64,000 nucleotides of DNA from Thermoanaerobaculia bacterium (GTDB taxonomy: Bacteria; Acidobacteriota; Thermoanaerobaculia; Multivoradales; Multivoraceae). This document shows, piece by piece, positions 9,516-17,982 of the stretch. Position 1 is the stretch's first letter; each line of letters begins with the position of its first letter. The stretch spans positions 2,432,001 to 2,496,000 of the forward strand of contig OY762911.1 in the NCBI GenBank assembly GCA_963666565.1, in the 5' to 3' direction. A program made the translations under genes and the position numbers. The notes beneath the pieces are model-generated. The model was given only the letters and a program-made list of their open reading frames with translations. It did not search any database and was not told where the DNA came from.

Positions 9516-11088
9516 TGGCAGGCTCCCGTGCGGTGAAGATCTCCGGCTGATCGGCGAACACGCTCCTGTTGCCGCGGAGACTTCCATAGAAGGCGCTAAA
9601 GGCACGCGCTCGCGCCCGGTGTCGCCGGATCGCTGGGCAGGGCACAGATTCGACAGCGTCTACGAGGAGCGCGTCCGCGGCGGCCACCATGCCCCGGGCG
9701 AAGTTCGCGCGCTCCCCGTGGGTGCCGGCTTGCCGGCTGGCGGCGAACCGCTTCTCGACCGCATCGAAGAACCGCGAGTCGACCCACGCGTCCAGCCGGC
9801 GGGCGTACGGCCTGGCGAACGTTCGGTCGTTCTTGCTCAGGTCGCCCAGCATCTTGCCGCCACTTGCGGCGACAGCTACTCCGAGCCGCAATGCGCGCGA
9901 GACCTCTGCGATCTCCTCAAGAAGATCGCCGCTAATGGCCGCCAGTTCGTCGCGTTCTTCTTTCCGGCCGAAGGCTGCGGCGACTCCCGGGGCGAAGACG
10001 ATGTCCTTCCGCTCGTGGTAGCCATCGGTCTTGCCTTGGCCGCCTGCCATGCCTCGGGCCACTACTCGCCACCGTTCCTTGCTAGCTGCGGAGACGATCA
10101 TCGCTGGCGGAAGATCGTAGGCGGCCTTATCGAAGAGGAGCCTGTTCAGGCGGTCGTACCGGAATCCGGCGCTAGACAGCGACAGCGCTTTGGCATCGCC
10201 CGTGCTGACGGGCGTCCAGAAGTCGCCGACGTTGCCGCGGGCGGCCTTGGCGGCGACCCGGCTCGTCTTTGACCCAGCCGTCTTCGCCACGATTCGCCGA
10301 TTCTCGACACGCAGGCGCACGCGCCGACAGATCTCGATGAAGTAGGGGTCCAGGTCGCCCAGGTCGAGCGACGTTTCGCCGTCCCACGGGACGGTCCAGA
10401 GAAGAGCCGTTCCGTTCTCCGGGCGGTAGTAGTCCGGGAGGCGGTTCAGTAGTTGCGGGCGATCCTCCAGCATCTGCTGGATGTCGTGAAGGAGGTGTGC
10501 GCCGAAACCACCGCCAGCAGGCGCGAGCCCAAGGCAGGGTCGAGCCGAGAACCCGCCGTTCATGCGGGCGATCCCGTAGTTGCCGGCGCCGAGAAATCCA
10601 GCCATCGTCTGCAGGTCGATCAAGGCAAACACCCAGTCGTCCGGTGCATTCGCCCGGGCGACGTCCTGCTTGACGTCGTGGTTCTTGGACGTCACGAGGA
10701 GATCGAGGTCATCGGGCGTGGCAACTCGCCGGCGATACTGGCTGAGCGTGTCGCCCGCCGGGCACTGCATGAAGGCTGGCTTTGCAGGGTCGTTGACGAC
10801 CAACTGCCACGGTTCGTCGCCGTCGAACTCCGGCGTCAGCCTGCGTATTACCGAGCGCCACTCGGCTGCGGCGCTGGGAAGAGCCGTCGCCTCAGCCCGT
10901 TGGACGGCGAGTGTGCCGAGCTGGGCGACAAAGGCGTGCCAGGCGTGTCTTTGGTGGGGCCGCAAGGCCGGGAACGCGGCGACTGTATCGGCCGATGCCT
11001 TCTCGAAGACGTCCGGCAGCGACATCGCCTCGGAGTGGTCGTGGGCGAGACGAACTCGAATTAGTGGATCAGTGAGGAGGTTGTACAT
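9505..11088 (-). CDS. cas8e: Cas8e/Cse1 (CasA) large subunit
   Basis: MYNLLTDPLIRV N-terminus, GFLGAGNYG, YFIEICRRVRL; first gene of the Cascade operon. Confidence 0.93.
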   Translation of the reverse strand: MYNLLTDPLIRVRLAHDHSEAMSLPDVFEKASADTVAAFPALRPHQRHAWHAFVAQLGTLAVQRAEATALPSAAAEWRSVIRRLTPEFDGDEPWQLVVNDPAKPAFMQCPAGDTLSQYRRRVATPDDLDLLVTSKNHDVKQDVARANAPDDWVFALIDLQTMAGFLGAGNYGIARMNGGFSARPCLGLAPAGGGFGAHLLHDIQQMLEDRPQLLNRLPDYYRPENGTALLWTVPWDGETSLDLGDLDPYFIEICRRVRLRVENRRIVAKTAGSKTSRVAAKAARGNVGDFWTPVSTGDAKALSLSSAGFRYDRLNRLLFDKAAYDLPPAMIVSAASKERWRVVARGMAGGQGKTDGYHERKDIVFAPGVAAAFGRKEERDELAAISGDLLEEIAEVSRALRLGVAVAASGGKMLGDLSKNDRTFARPYARRLDAWVDSRFFDAVEKRFAASRQAGTHGERANFARGMVAAADALLVDAVESVPCPAIRRHRARARAFSAFYGSLRGNRSVFADQPEIFTAREPANVE

Positions 11089-11100
11089 GGTTGTGGCCTC

Positions 11101-11190
11101 GCGCTCTCCCCGCTATGGCGGGGTCGCGATTTCATCAAGCGCTTCCGTTGCTCCGCGTACGGGTCAATCTCCGATGAGGTCGGAGGGGTT
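11101..11190 (-). ncRNA. CRISPR mini-array / crRNA-like regulatory RNA (degenerate repeat, 33-nt spacer, degenerate repeat)
   Basis: Two repeat-like hairpins starting exactly 61 bp apart (11101 and 11162); spacer 11129-11161 matches 11537-11559. Confidence 0.85.
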
Positions 11191-11248
11191 GGCGCGATTC
11201 TTGGCTGCTACGATTCGGAGCATCGTCGATGAGCAACCAAGTCGGTGA

Positions 11249-11336
11249 TGGTCGTAGCGGTCCCGGCCGGAGTCGAAACCGGCATCTCGCCTTTGTTCTT
11301 CGGCGCGTCTTGACCTTAGACGACAGGACCGCTACG
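11249..11336 (-). ncRNA. tRNA-like cloverleaf RNA with non-canonical anticodon arm, extended acceptor stem and 3' ACCA
   Basis: Acceptor GGTCCTG/CGGGACC; D arm GTCT-AAGGTCA-AGAC; arm CGCC-GAAGAACAAA-GGCG; T arm GCCGG-TTTCGACT-CCGGC; extra pairing CGTAGC/GCTACG then ACCA. Confidence 0.7.
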
Positions 11337-11513
11337 GGTTGGCCCGCCGGGGTGTCTCCCCGGCGGGCGCTGTTGTTCAGGGGACGACGCGCGAAGACCA
11401 ACGGGTCGGTACTTCGGCAGCGAGGGCTCGGTGTAGCGAGTGGCAGTTCAAGGGGATTCCGCATGTCGTCCTTCCTCAGAGCGGTCATTGCGCCCGGTCA
11501 GGGCGCGTCGCCA

Positions 11514-11561
11514 ACCATAGCACAAGACAGACTGTCGCGCCTCCGTTGCTCCTCGTACGCT
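11514..11561 (-). promoter_or_regulatory. Putative extended -10 promoter of the Cascade operon (TG-C-TATGGT, 11522-11514) with crRNA-like target and PAM over the -35 region
   Basis: Extended -10 motif, protospacer match at 11537-11558, PAM AGC at 11559-11561. Confidence 0.65.
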
Positions 11562-11615
11562 ACAGATGAGGACTCGATGCAGCGTTCAGCCGTCGGCGGC
11601 AAGTTGACGACTGCC

Positions 11616-11642
11616 CGGGCGAGCTTACGGCTCGCCCGTTTT
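11616..11642. terminator. GC-rich hairpin downstream of cas3 (T tract on the + strand)
   Basis: CGGGCGAGC-TTACG-GCTCGCCCG-TTTT. Confidence 0.55.
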
Positions 11643-11690
11643 GAGCGAGCGGTACTCCGCCACGCCCTCGCCCCACCGCGTCGGTCTGTC

Positions 11691-14306
11691 TCACCAAGCA
11701 GTGACTGAAGAAGCCGAGGATTCCTCAGGTCGGACTCCGGTCCGATCGTAGGTCAGTCGAGCGTCGCCGACCGTCAGAACGAGGGTGCTGGCCGCGGTAG
11801 GTTCGGCTCGTGCGGCCTCGATGTCCTCCTTCCTGGGCAGGCCGCGCCGGAACATGTGAGCCGGGAGGTTGAAGGTACGGACCTCACTGCCGAACGGTCC
11901 GGCTAGCGGGGACGGGAGTTCGATTCGCGGGCCGTCTTCGCCCAGTCGGGTTCGGACTTTGGAGTCCAGGTCCGCGAAGACGAGGTCCCCGTCGAAGGGC
12001 TCTTCCCGCGTCAGCGCGTGGTTCCTCGCCGCGACGGCCTCGGCGGAGTTTCTTCCGACCACCTTGCTCAGGTGAGAGAGCCAGTCTTCGCCGAGCGTCT
12101 CAGCCGACTCGCGCAGCACCTGTGGGTGAGTCCCGCGCTCGACCAGCGTCCTGTTCATCTCCGGGACGGTCCAGGCCGGGTGGTCCTCGATGAGCCTCCG
12201 CGTTGCCTCGATTCCGACGAGGTTCGTGTAGATCCCGCCGCGGTCCGAAACGCCGAGCCCGTGTTGCAGGAGCGAGCCGTCGAGCCCTGCCGCCAGCCCC
12301 GAATCCGGCACGAGAACGAGGCAGCGGGCATCCTTGAACGCTGCCGGGCGTTCGTTCGGTGCGTGGCGATGCAGTCGCCCGAGCCGCTGCAGCAGGACGT
12401 CTACGGGGCAGATGTCCGTGATCAGGTAGTCGGCGTCGATGTCGAGCGACTGCTCCAGCGTCTGCGTGCCGATGACGATTGTGCCGCCCGGTGGACGACT
12501 CTCCTTCCCCAATTCCCGTTCGACGGCGGCGTCCAGCAGTCTTCGGTCCTCGGCGGCGAACCGGCTGTGGTGTAGCGCCGGTCCGCCTGCGACCGCAAGC
12601 GCCAGATCGCTGCCGCCCTGGTCCACCAGCGCGGCGAAGACGGCCCGTGCGCTGTCCACGGTGTTGCGAACGACGAGCACCTTGGCATCGTTCTGCGCCG
12701 CACGGAGCGCTTTGCGGGCGATTGCTCCTGGTTCGCCCAGGAACGCCGCCGTGGACATTGCGACCGGCTTGGACGTGCCCGTCGTCCGGATAGGGGTCAC
12801 CCGGAACTCGCCGCGGCCGTCCGCGAGCGTCATGGCGGGGTAGGGGACGGCCTCGGCATCGCTTGGCGATGGCGTGGCGTAGCGGTTGGTCTTCGAGACG
12901 AACTTGGAACTCGCCGCCGAACCCAGGGTGGCCGACATGAGCAGGGCGTGGCCTCCCAGCGTGAGGTGTCCCCGCAGGACGCCGCGCAGTACCTGCGTCA
13001 TGTAGCCGTCGCTGGCGTGGACTTCGTCCACAACGAGCAGGCTGCCGGCAAGGCCAGCCGCCCGGAAGTGCGCCCACTTCACTTGCAGACCTGCGAGGAG
13101 CGCCTGGTCGACCGTCCCGACCGCCGCTGGGGCCGTCAAGTACTTGCGGGCACTCTCGGCCGACCAACGGGCAAGCCGCTTCGCTTCGTCGGGCTCGTCC
13201 TCCCAGTAGACCTCGAACTTCTCTGCTCGGCGTCCTTCGGAATCTCCGGCCCGGAGGTAGCCCGGCACCGCCAAAACCGTCTCTGCGTTGGCAGTCGACG
13301 GGAAGAGCCGGTCCAGCGCCCGATGGACGCGCGCGTGCAGTTGTTTCGCTGCGGACCGAGTCGGAACGGCGAAGTAGAGACCGTCTACGACTCCTGCGCG
13401 CCACAGGGACGCGAATCGCAAGATGGCCGCTTCCGTCTTGCCGGACCCGGTCTCGCTCTCCAGAATCAGGAGAGGGCTGTCGAGCGGCGCCGAAGCCACG
13501 GCGGTCTGCAGAGGCCGCGGCTCGGCGTAGTTGAACAACCTCCTCACATCGGCGACCGGTGCGCCCTTCGGCCAAGCAGACCGGGCGAACCCCTTGCTCG
13601 CGACTGTCCCTGCGGCGATGCGGCGAGCGCGCTCGATGTAGGACGGGTCCGGGTCCGGCTCGTGCTTGAAGGCATCTTCGTCCGAGCCCAATTGATCGGC
13701 AATGGCGACGACGCCGGCGAAGAGGTGGGCCAACGCCGGCACGTCGGGGACCGGAGGTCCAGACTTGAAGGAGTCGGGGAACCACGCCCGTCCCCGCTCG
13801 TAGAGCAGCTTCGCGGTGGCTCGTGGTTCGTAGCCTCCGAAGGGCTGCCACAGCTCGGCCGGGCCTCTTCCCGTGCGCGATGGCCGCCGAGCCGGTCGGC
13901 CGTGATGGGCGAGCGCCGCGTAGAGAAGAGGCTCGACGCCGCCGCCCCACTCGTCGGCGATGCGATGGAGTCCCAGGAGTTCGCAGAGTCCGGGCTGCGC
14001 GAAGCTCAGCAGCGCCTCTCCGATGTGTCCGGCTGGCCGCGGGCCTCGCCGAACCGCTCCGCCGGATCGCGGCACCTTGAACTGAAAGCCGGCGTTGAGC
14101 TTGCCGAAATCGTGCAGGTAGGCGAGGTACGTCAGTCGGGCGGCGAGCGTGTCGTCGAGAACCGGCGCGCCCGCGGCTCGGGCGAAGCGGGCGCGTAGCA
14201 CGGGTTCGCCGATCAGTGCTTCAAAGCAGGCCGCTACGTCGGCACAGTGATGCTCCAGCCGATGGAAGCGTCCCGTTGCTTCGTCGAACTTCCCCCATGC
14301 GTCCAC
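11691..14306 (-). CDS. cas3: Cas3 HD nuclease-helicase
   Basis: HH..DVA and LHDFGK HD domain; ETGSGKT, DEVH, SAT, QRLGRLHRH helicase motifs. Confidence 0.98.
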   Translation of the reverse strand: MDAWGKFDEATGRFHRLEHHCADVAACFEALIGEPVLRARFARAAGAPVLDDTLAARLTYLAYLHDFGKLNAGFQFKVPRSGGAVRRGPRPAGHIGEALLSFAQPGLCELLGLHRIADEWGGGVEPLLYAALAHHGRPARRPSRTGRGPAELWQPFGGYEPRATAKLLYERGRAWFPDSFKSGPPVPDVPALAHLFAGVVAIADQLGSDEDAFKHEPDPDPSYIERARRIAAGTVASKGFARSAWPKGAPVADVRRLFNYAEPRPLQTAVASAPLDSPLLILESETGSGKTEAAILRFASLWRAGVVDGLYFAVPTRSAAKQLHARVHRALDRLFPSTANAETVLAVPGYLRAGDSEGRRAEKFEVYWEDEPDEAKRLARWSAESARKYLTAPAAVGTVDQALLAGLQVKWAHFRAAGLAGSLLVVDEVHASDGYMTQVLRGVLRGHLTLGGHALLMSATLGSAASSKFVSKTNRYATPSPSDAEAVPYPAMTLADGRGEFRVTPIRTTGTSKPVAMSTAAFLGEPGAIARKALRAAQNDAKVLVVRNTVDSARAVFAALVDQGGSDLALAVAGGPALHHSRFAAEDRRLLDAAVERELGKESRPPGGTIVIGTQTLEQSLDIDADYLITDICPVDVLLQRLGRLHRHAPNERPAAFKDARCLVLVPDSGLAAGLDGSLLQHGLGVSDRGGIYTNLVGIEATRRLIEDHPAWTVPEMNRTLVERGTHPQVLRESAETLGEDWLSHLSKVVGRNSAEAVAARNHALTREEPFDGDLVFADLDSKVRTRLGEDGPRIELPSPLAGPFGSEVRTFNLPAHMFRRGLPRKEDIEAARAEPTAASTLVLTVGDARLTYDRTGVRPEESSASSVTAW

Positions 14307-14383
14307 GCCAAGGTCCTCGCTTCCACGCTGGAGCGCACCCGTCGCGCGCCACTAGCATCGGCCCTGGCATGGTACGCGACCCG

Positions 14384-14887
14384 ATGGACCCCTTCGTGGC
14401 GATCGACTTCGAGATAGCCAACGCACGCCACGACAGCGCCTGCGCGGTCGGGCTTGCCGCTTGCAGCGGCGGCCACGTGGTGCAGTCGCGCAGCTATCTC
14501 ATCCGGCCTCCCGGCAGGCGGTTCACTTTCACTGGAGTCCACGGCCTGAGTTGGGACGATGTGCGCGAGGCGCCGACGTTCGCCGACCTCTGGCCGACGC
14601 TGCGGGAGTGGCTCGCTCCGGCGCGGTTCGTTGCCGCTCACAACGCGAAGTTCGACCGCAGGGTGCTGCAGGCCGGCTGCGCTCGCAACGGTTTGCGGGC
14701 GCCACGGAAGCGCTTCGTCTGCACCGTGGAACTGGCCTGGGCCCAATGGGATGTCTCGTCGGCCAGATTGCCCGACGTCTGCCGTCGACTGGACATCCCT
14801 CTCCGGCACCACGACGCGGGCTCGGACGCTCTGGCTTGCGCTCGGATTGTCCTTGCCGCGCAGGCGGCTGGCTGGAGGCTCCGGTAG
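14384..14887 (+). CDS. DEDDh 3'-5' exonuclease (DnaQ-like), divergent from cas3
   Basis: IDFE, AHNAKFD, HHDAGSDA motifs; start may instead be 14369. Confidence 0.88.
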   Translation: MDPFVAIDFEIANARHDSACAVGLAACSGGHVVQSRSYLIRPPGRRFTFTGVHGLSWDDVREAPTFADLWPTLREWLAPARFVAAHNAKFDRRVLQAGCARNGLRAPRKRFVCTVELAWAQWDVSSARLPDVCRRLDIPLRHHDAGSDALACARIVLAAQAAGWRLR

Positions 14888-14925
14888 ACCGAGGAGGCGA
14901 TCGATCATGGTACCGTTGTACGGCC

Positions 14926-15132
14926 ATGACTCAAGTGACCCTCTCGCCCAAGTACCAGGTCGTCATCCCGCTCGAGATCCGCACCGCTCTGCGACTCGAG
15001 CCAGGCCAGAAGATCCAGGCGATTCGCGTCGGCCGCTGCATCGAACTGGTCCCGGTCAAGCCGATGAGGGAGTACCGGGGATTCGCGAAGGGCATCGACA
15101 CCGCGGTCGCTCGCGAAGCCGATCGACTGTGA
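14926..15132 (+). CDS. vapB: AbrB/MazE-type antitoxin (VapB)
   Basis: LSPKYQVVIPLEIRTAL AbrB fold; overlaps the start of the PIN gene. Confidence 0.88.
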   Translation: MTQVTLSPKYQVVIPLEIRTALRLEPGQKIQAIRVGRCIELVPVKPMREYRGFAKGIDTAVAREADRL

Positions 15133-15500
15133 ACGTCGTCGACTCGTCGGCGTGGATCGAGTACTTCGCCGATTCCGAGCGCGCGGATCTGTACGAGGCG
15201 CCCATCCTGGACACGGGGGAGCTTCTCGTGCCGGCGATCTGCCTCTACGAGGTGTTCAGGGTCATGTCCAGGCAGCGCTCCGAAGTCGAAGCCCTCGAGG
15301 CCGTTGCGGCCATGCGGCAAGGCAGGGTCGTCGAGTTCACGGCCGATCTGGCGGTTCTCGCCGCAAGGCTCTCCCTCGAGCACTCGCTGCCGATGGCCGA
15401 CGCCTCGATCCTCGCAACCGCCTACTCCGAGGAGGCGGAGCTGTGGACCCAGGACGCGGACTTCGAGGGGCTGCCGGGCGTACGCTACTTCCCCAGGTAG
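15129..15500 (+). CDS. vapC: PIN-domain toxin VapC
   Basis: VVDSSAWIEY, LYEV, LPMADASI, LWTQDADF motifs. Confidence 0.92.
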   Translation: MNVVDSSAWIEYFADSERADLYEAPILDTGELLVPAICLYEVFRVMSRQRSEVEALEAVAAMRQGRVVEFTADLAVLAARLSLEHSLPMADASILATAYSEEAELWTQDADFEGLPGVRYFPR

Positions 15501-15541
15501 GCGCCGGTGGTACTGTCCGCCGCCACGGAGGAGTCCCGCGT

Positions 15542-16444
15542 ATGCGATTCAGCTACTGGCCCGCCCCCACGATGCCCTGGCCCGACCTTCTGGAGATGTC
15601 GCGGCACGTCGAGGGCACCGGCTGGGACGGCATCTGGTACGCCGATCACTTCATGCCGAACGCCGAGGACACCTCGGCGCCGTGGGCCGAGTGCTGGACG
15701 ACGATCGCGGCCCTCGCGGCGGCGGTTCCGCGCGTTCGCCTGGGTCCGCTCGTCACCGGCAACACGTACCGGCACCCGGCGGTGCTGGCGAAGATCGCGG
15801 CGACGATCGACCACATCTCCGGCGGCCGGGTCGTGCTGGGGCTGGGCGCCGGCTGGCAGGAGAACGAGCACCTCGCCTACGGCATTCCGTTCTACACGAC
15901 GGGCGAGCGGCTCCGCCGGCTGGACGAGGCGTGCCGCGTGATCAAGGCCCTCTACGGCCAGCGGAGCGCGAACTTCAAGGGCGACGCCTACGAGCTGATC
16001 GGGGCGCCGCTCGAGCCGAAGCCGGTCCAGGAACCGCTGCCGCTGATGATCGGTGGCGGCGGCGAGAAGGTGACGCTGCGCATCGCCGCCCAGCACGCCG
16101 ACGAGTGGAACGTCTGGGGCACCGTGGACATCCTGAAGCACAAGATGTCCGTGCTCGACGCCCACTGCGGGAACGTGGGGCGCGACCCGGCGGAGATCGA
16201 GCGGTCGGCGGTGGCGCTCCTGTTCCTGAGCGACGACGAGGCGTTCCTGGCCAAGGTGCGGGCGCGCGGCACGGGAATGCCGTCGAACATCGGCGGCGTC
16301 TCCGAAATCGCCGACGCGGTCGGCGCCTACCGCGACGCCGGAGTGCATGAGTTCATCGTGCCGGCGTTCAACCTGGGCGGCAAGGATCGCCAGAAGGACG
16401 TGCTCGACCGGTTCATCGAGGAGGTCGCGCCCGCGGTTCGGTAA
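15542..16444 (+). CDS. LLM-class (likely F420-dependent) oxidoreductase
   Basis: WYADHF, YRHPAVLAK, SGGRVVLGLGAGW, IGGGGEK motifs. Confidence 0.9.
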   Translation: MRFSYWPAPTMPWPDLLEMSRHVEGTGWDGIWYADHFMPNAEDTSAPWAECWTTIAALAAAVPRVRLGPLVTGNTYRHPAVLAKIAATIDHISGGRVVLGLGAGWQENEHLAYGIPFYTTGERLRRLDEACRVIKALYGQRSANFKGDAYELIGAPLEPKPVQEPLPLMIGGGGEKVTLRIAAQHADEWNVWGTVDILKHKMSVLDAHCGNVGRDPAEIERSAVALLFLSDDEAFLAKVRARGTGMPSNIGGVSEIADAVGAYRDAGVHEFIVPAFNLGGKDRQKDVLDRFIEEVAPAVR

Positions 16445-16484
16445 TGCAGAGGAATCGTGTCGTTTGGGGACAAGGTCCATAACC

Positions 16485-17972
16485 ATGGTGCAATCCGAAG
16501 AATCGGGGAAGGGCGGAGAAGATCTGCCGGCTGTCCAGGAGGGCGCGCGCCCCGGCCACTCCGACCTCGGGATGTCGCACGAAGACATGTTGGCCTTGGC
16601 CGGGAAGGCCGCGGAGCTCGCGGTGGCGCGAATCGAGAATCTGCCCCGCGAGAACGCCTGGGACGGAGAGTTCAAGGAGGGTCTCGAGCGAATGCTGCTT
16701 GAGGATCCGCCGGAGGACGGCCGCCCCGCCGAGGAGGTTCTGCGGCGGGCCGTAGGGGACATCCTGCCGATGACGACCCGGCTGGACCACCCCCGTTGCT
16801 TCGGGTTCGTTCCGTCGGAACCGACGTGGCCCGGCGTCGTCGCCGACTTCCTGGCCTCCGCATGGAACGTGAACGCCTGCACCTGGCTGGTCGCCAGCGG
16901 TCCGAGCCAGGTCGAACTCGTCGTCCTGGACTGGTTTCGCCGCTGGATCGGCTATCCGGACGGCGCCGGCGGGTTGCTGACGAGCGGCGGTTCCGCCGCC
17001 AGCGTCGATGCATTCGTGGCGGCCAGGGAGGCGGCCGGCAATCCCGAGCGCCCGACGGTGTACATGAGCGACCAGAGCCACAGCGCGCAGGCGCGAGCCG
17101 CGCTGATCGTCGGCGTCGGGCGGGACGCCGTGCGCGAGGTCCCGACGGACGGCGCCTTCCGCCTGGACATGGAGGCTCTCGCGCACGCCGTCGCGGAGGA
17201 CCGCGCCAGGGGTCTCAGGCCCATGGCGGTCTGCGCCAACGCCGGGGCGTCGAGCACGGGGGCGATCGATCCGCTCCGGGCGATGGCGGACTTCTGCCGG
17301 GAGGAGGACATCTGGTTCCACGTGGACGCCGCCTACGGCGGCTTCGCGGCGATCACGGAGAAGGGCCGCGAGCTCCTCGGCGGAGTCGAGCGAGCCGACT
17401 CGGTCGGGCTGGACCCGCACAAGTGGCTGTTTCAGCCGTACGACGTGGGCTGCCTGCTGGTGAAGGACGCTCGCACGCTCGAGAGCGCCTTCTCCATGCG
17501 CGCGCCGGTGCTCCAGGACACGGTTTGGGGAGCGAACCATCCGAACCTCGACGACCGCGGCCTTCAACTGAGCCGGTCGTTCCGCGCCCTGAAGATCTGG
17601 ATGTCGATTCAGACCTTCGGCATGTCCGCGTTCCGGCGGGCCGTCTCGAAGGGGATGGAACTCGCGAAGCGGGCCGAGGAGTACGTTCGCGAGAGCCGGA
17701 CCCTGGAACTGACGGCGGCGGCGTCGCTCGGCATCGTCTGCATGAGGGTCAACCCCGAAGGCGCCGGTCCGGACGACGGCAGGCTGGACGACGCCAATCG
17801 GGAGGTTCTCGCCCGCCTGTTCTGGGAGGACCGCGCGTTCGTTTCCTCGACCTCGCTCCATGGGGTCTTCTCGCTGCGGCTCTGCATTATCAACCACTCG
17901 ACTAGCTGGGACGACGTCCGGGAGACCCTGGAGGCGATGGAGCGGTTCGGCGCCGAGGCGCTCGCCGGCTGA
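16485..17972 (+). CDS. Group II PLP-dependent amino-acid decarboxylase
   Basis: HVDAAYGG, DPHKWL PLP lysine, SRSFRALK; start may instead be 16572. Confidence 0.9.
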   Translation: MVQSEESGKGGEDLPAVQEGARPGHSDLGMSHEDMLALAGKAAELAVARIENLPRENAWDGEFKEGLERMLLEDPPEDGRPAEEVLRRAVGDILPMTTRLDHPRCFGFVPSEPTWPGVVADFLASAWNVNACTWLVASGPSQVELVVLDWFRRWIGYPDGAGGLLTSGGSAASVDAFVAAREAAGNPERPTVYMSDQSHSAQARAALIVGVGRDAVREVPTDGAFRLDMEALAHAVAEDRARGLRPMAVCANAGASSTGAIDPLRAMADFCREEDIWFHVDAAYGGFAAITEKGRELLGGVERADSVGLDPHKWLFQPYDVGCLLVKDARTLESAFSMRAPVLQDTVWGANHPNLDDRGLQLSRSFRALKIWMSIQTFGMSAFRRAVSKGMELAKRAEEYVRESRTLELTAAASLGIVCMRVNPEGAGPDDGRLDDANREVLARLFWEDRAFVSSTSLHGVFSLRLCIINHSTSWDDVRETLEAMERFGAEALAG

Positions 17973-17982
17973 CGGCCCCGGC

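Noticed and set aside
11258-11330. Canonical tRNA gene call
   Set aside because: No 7-nt anticodon loop or U33, and an 8-nt T-loop; reported as tRNA-like instead
11135-11488. 117-aa ORF in the cas3-cas8e gap
   Set aside because: Atypical codon usage, no recognisable fold, and it runs through the cloverleaf and mini-array; only its SD-AUG is kept as a possible signal
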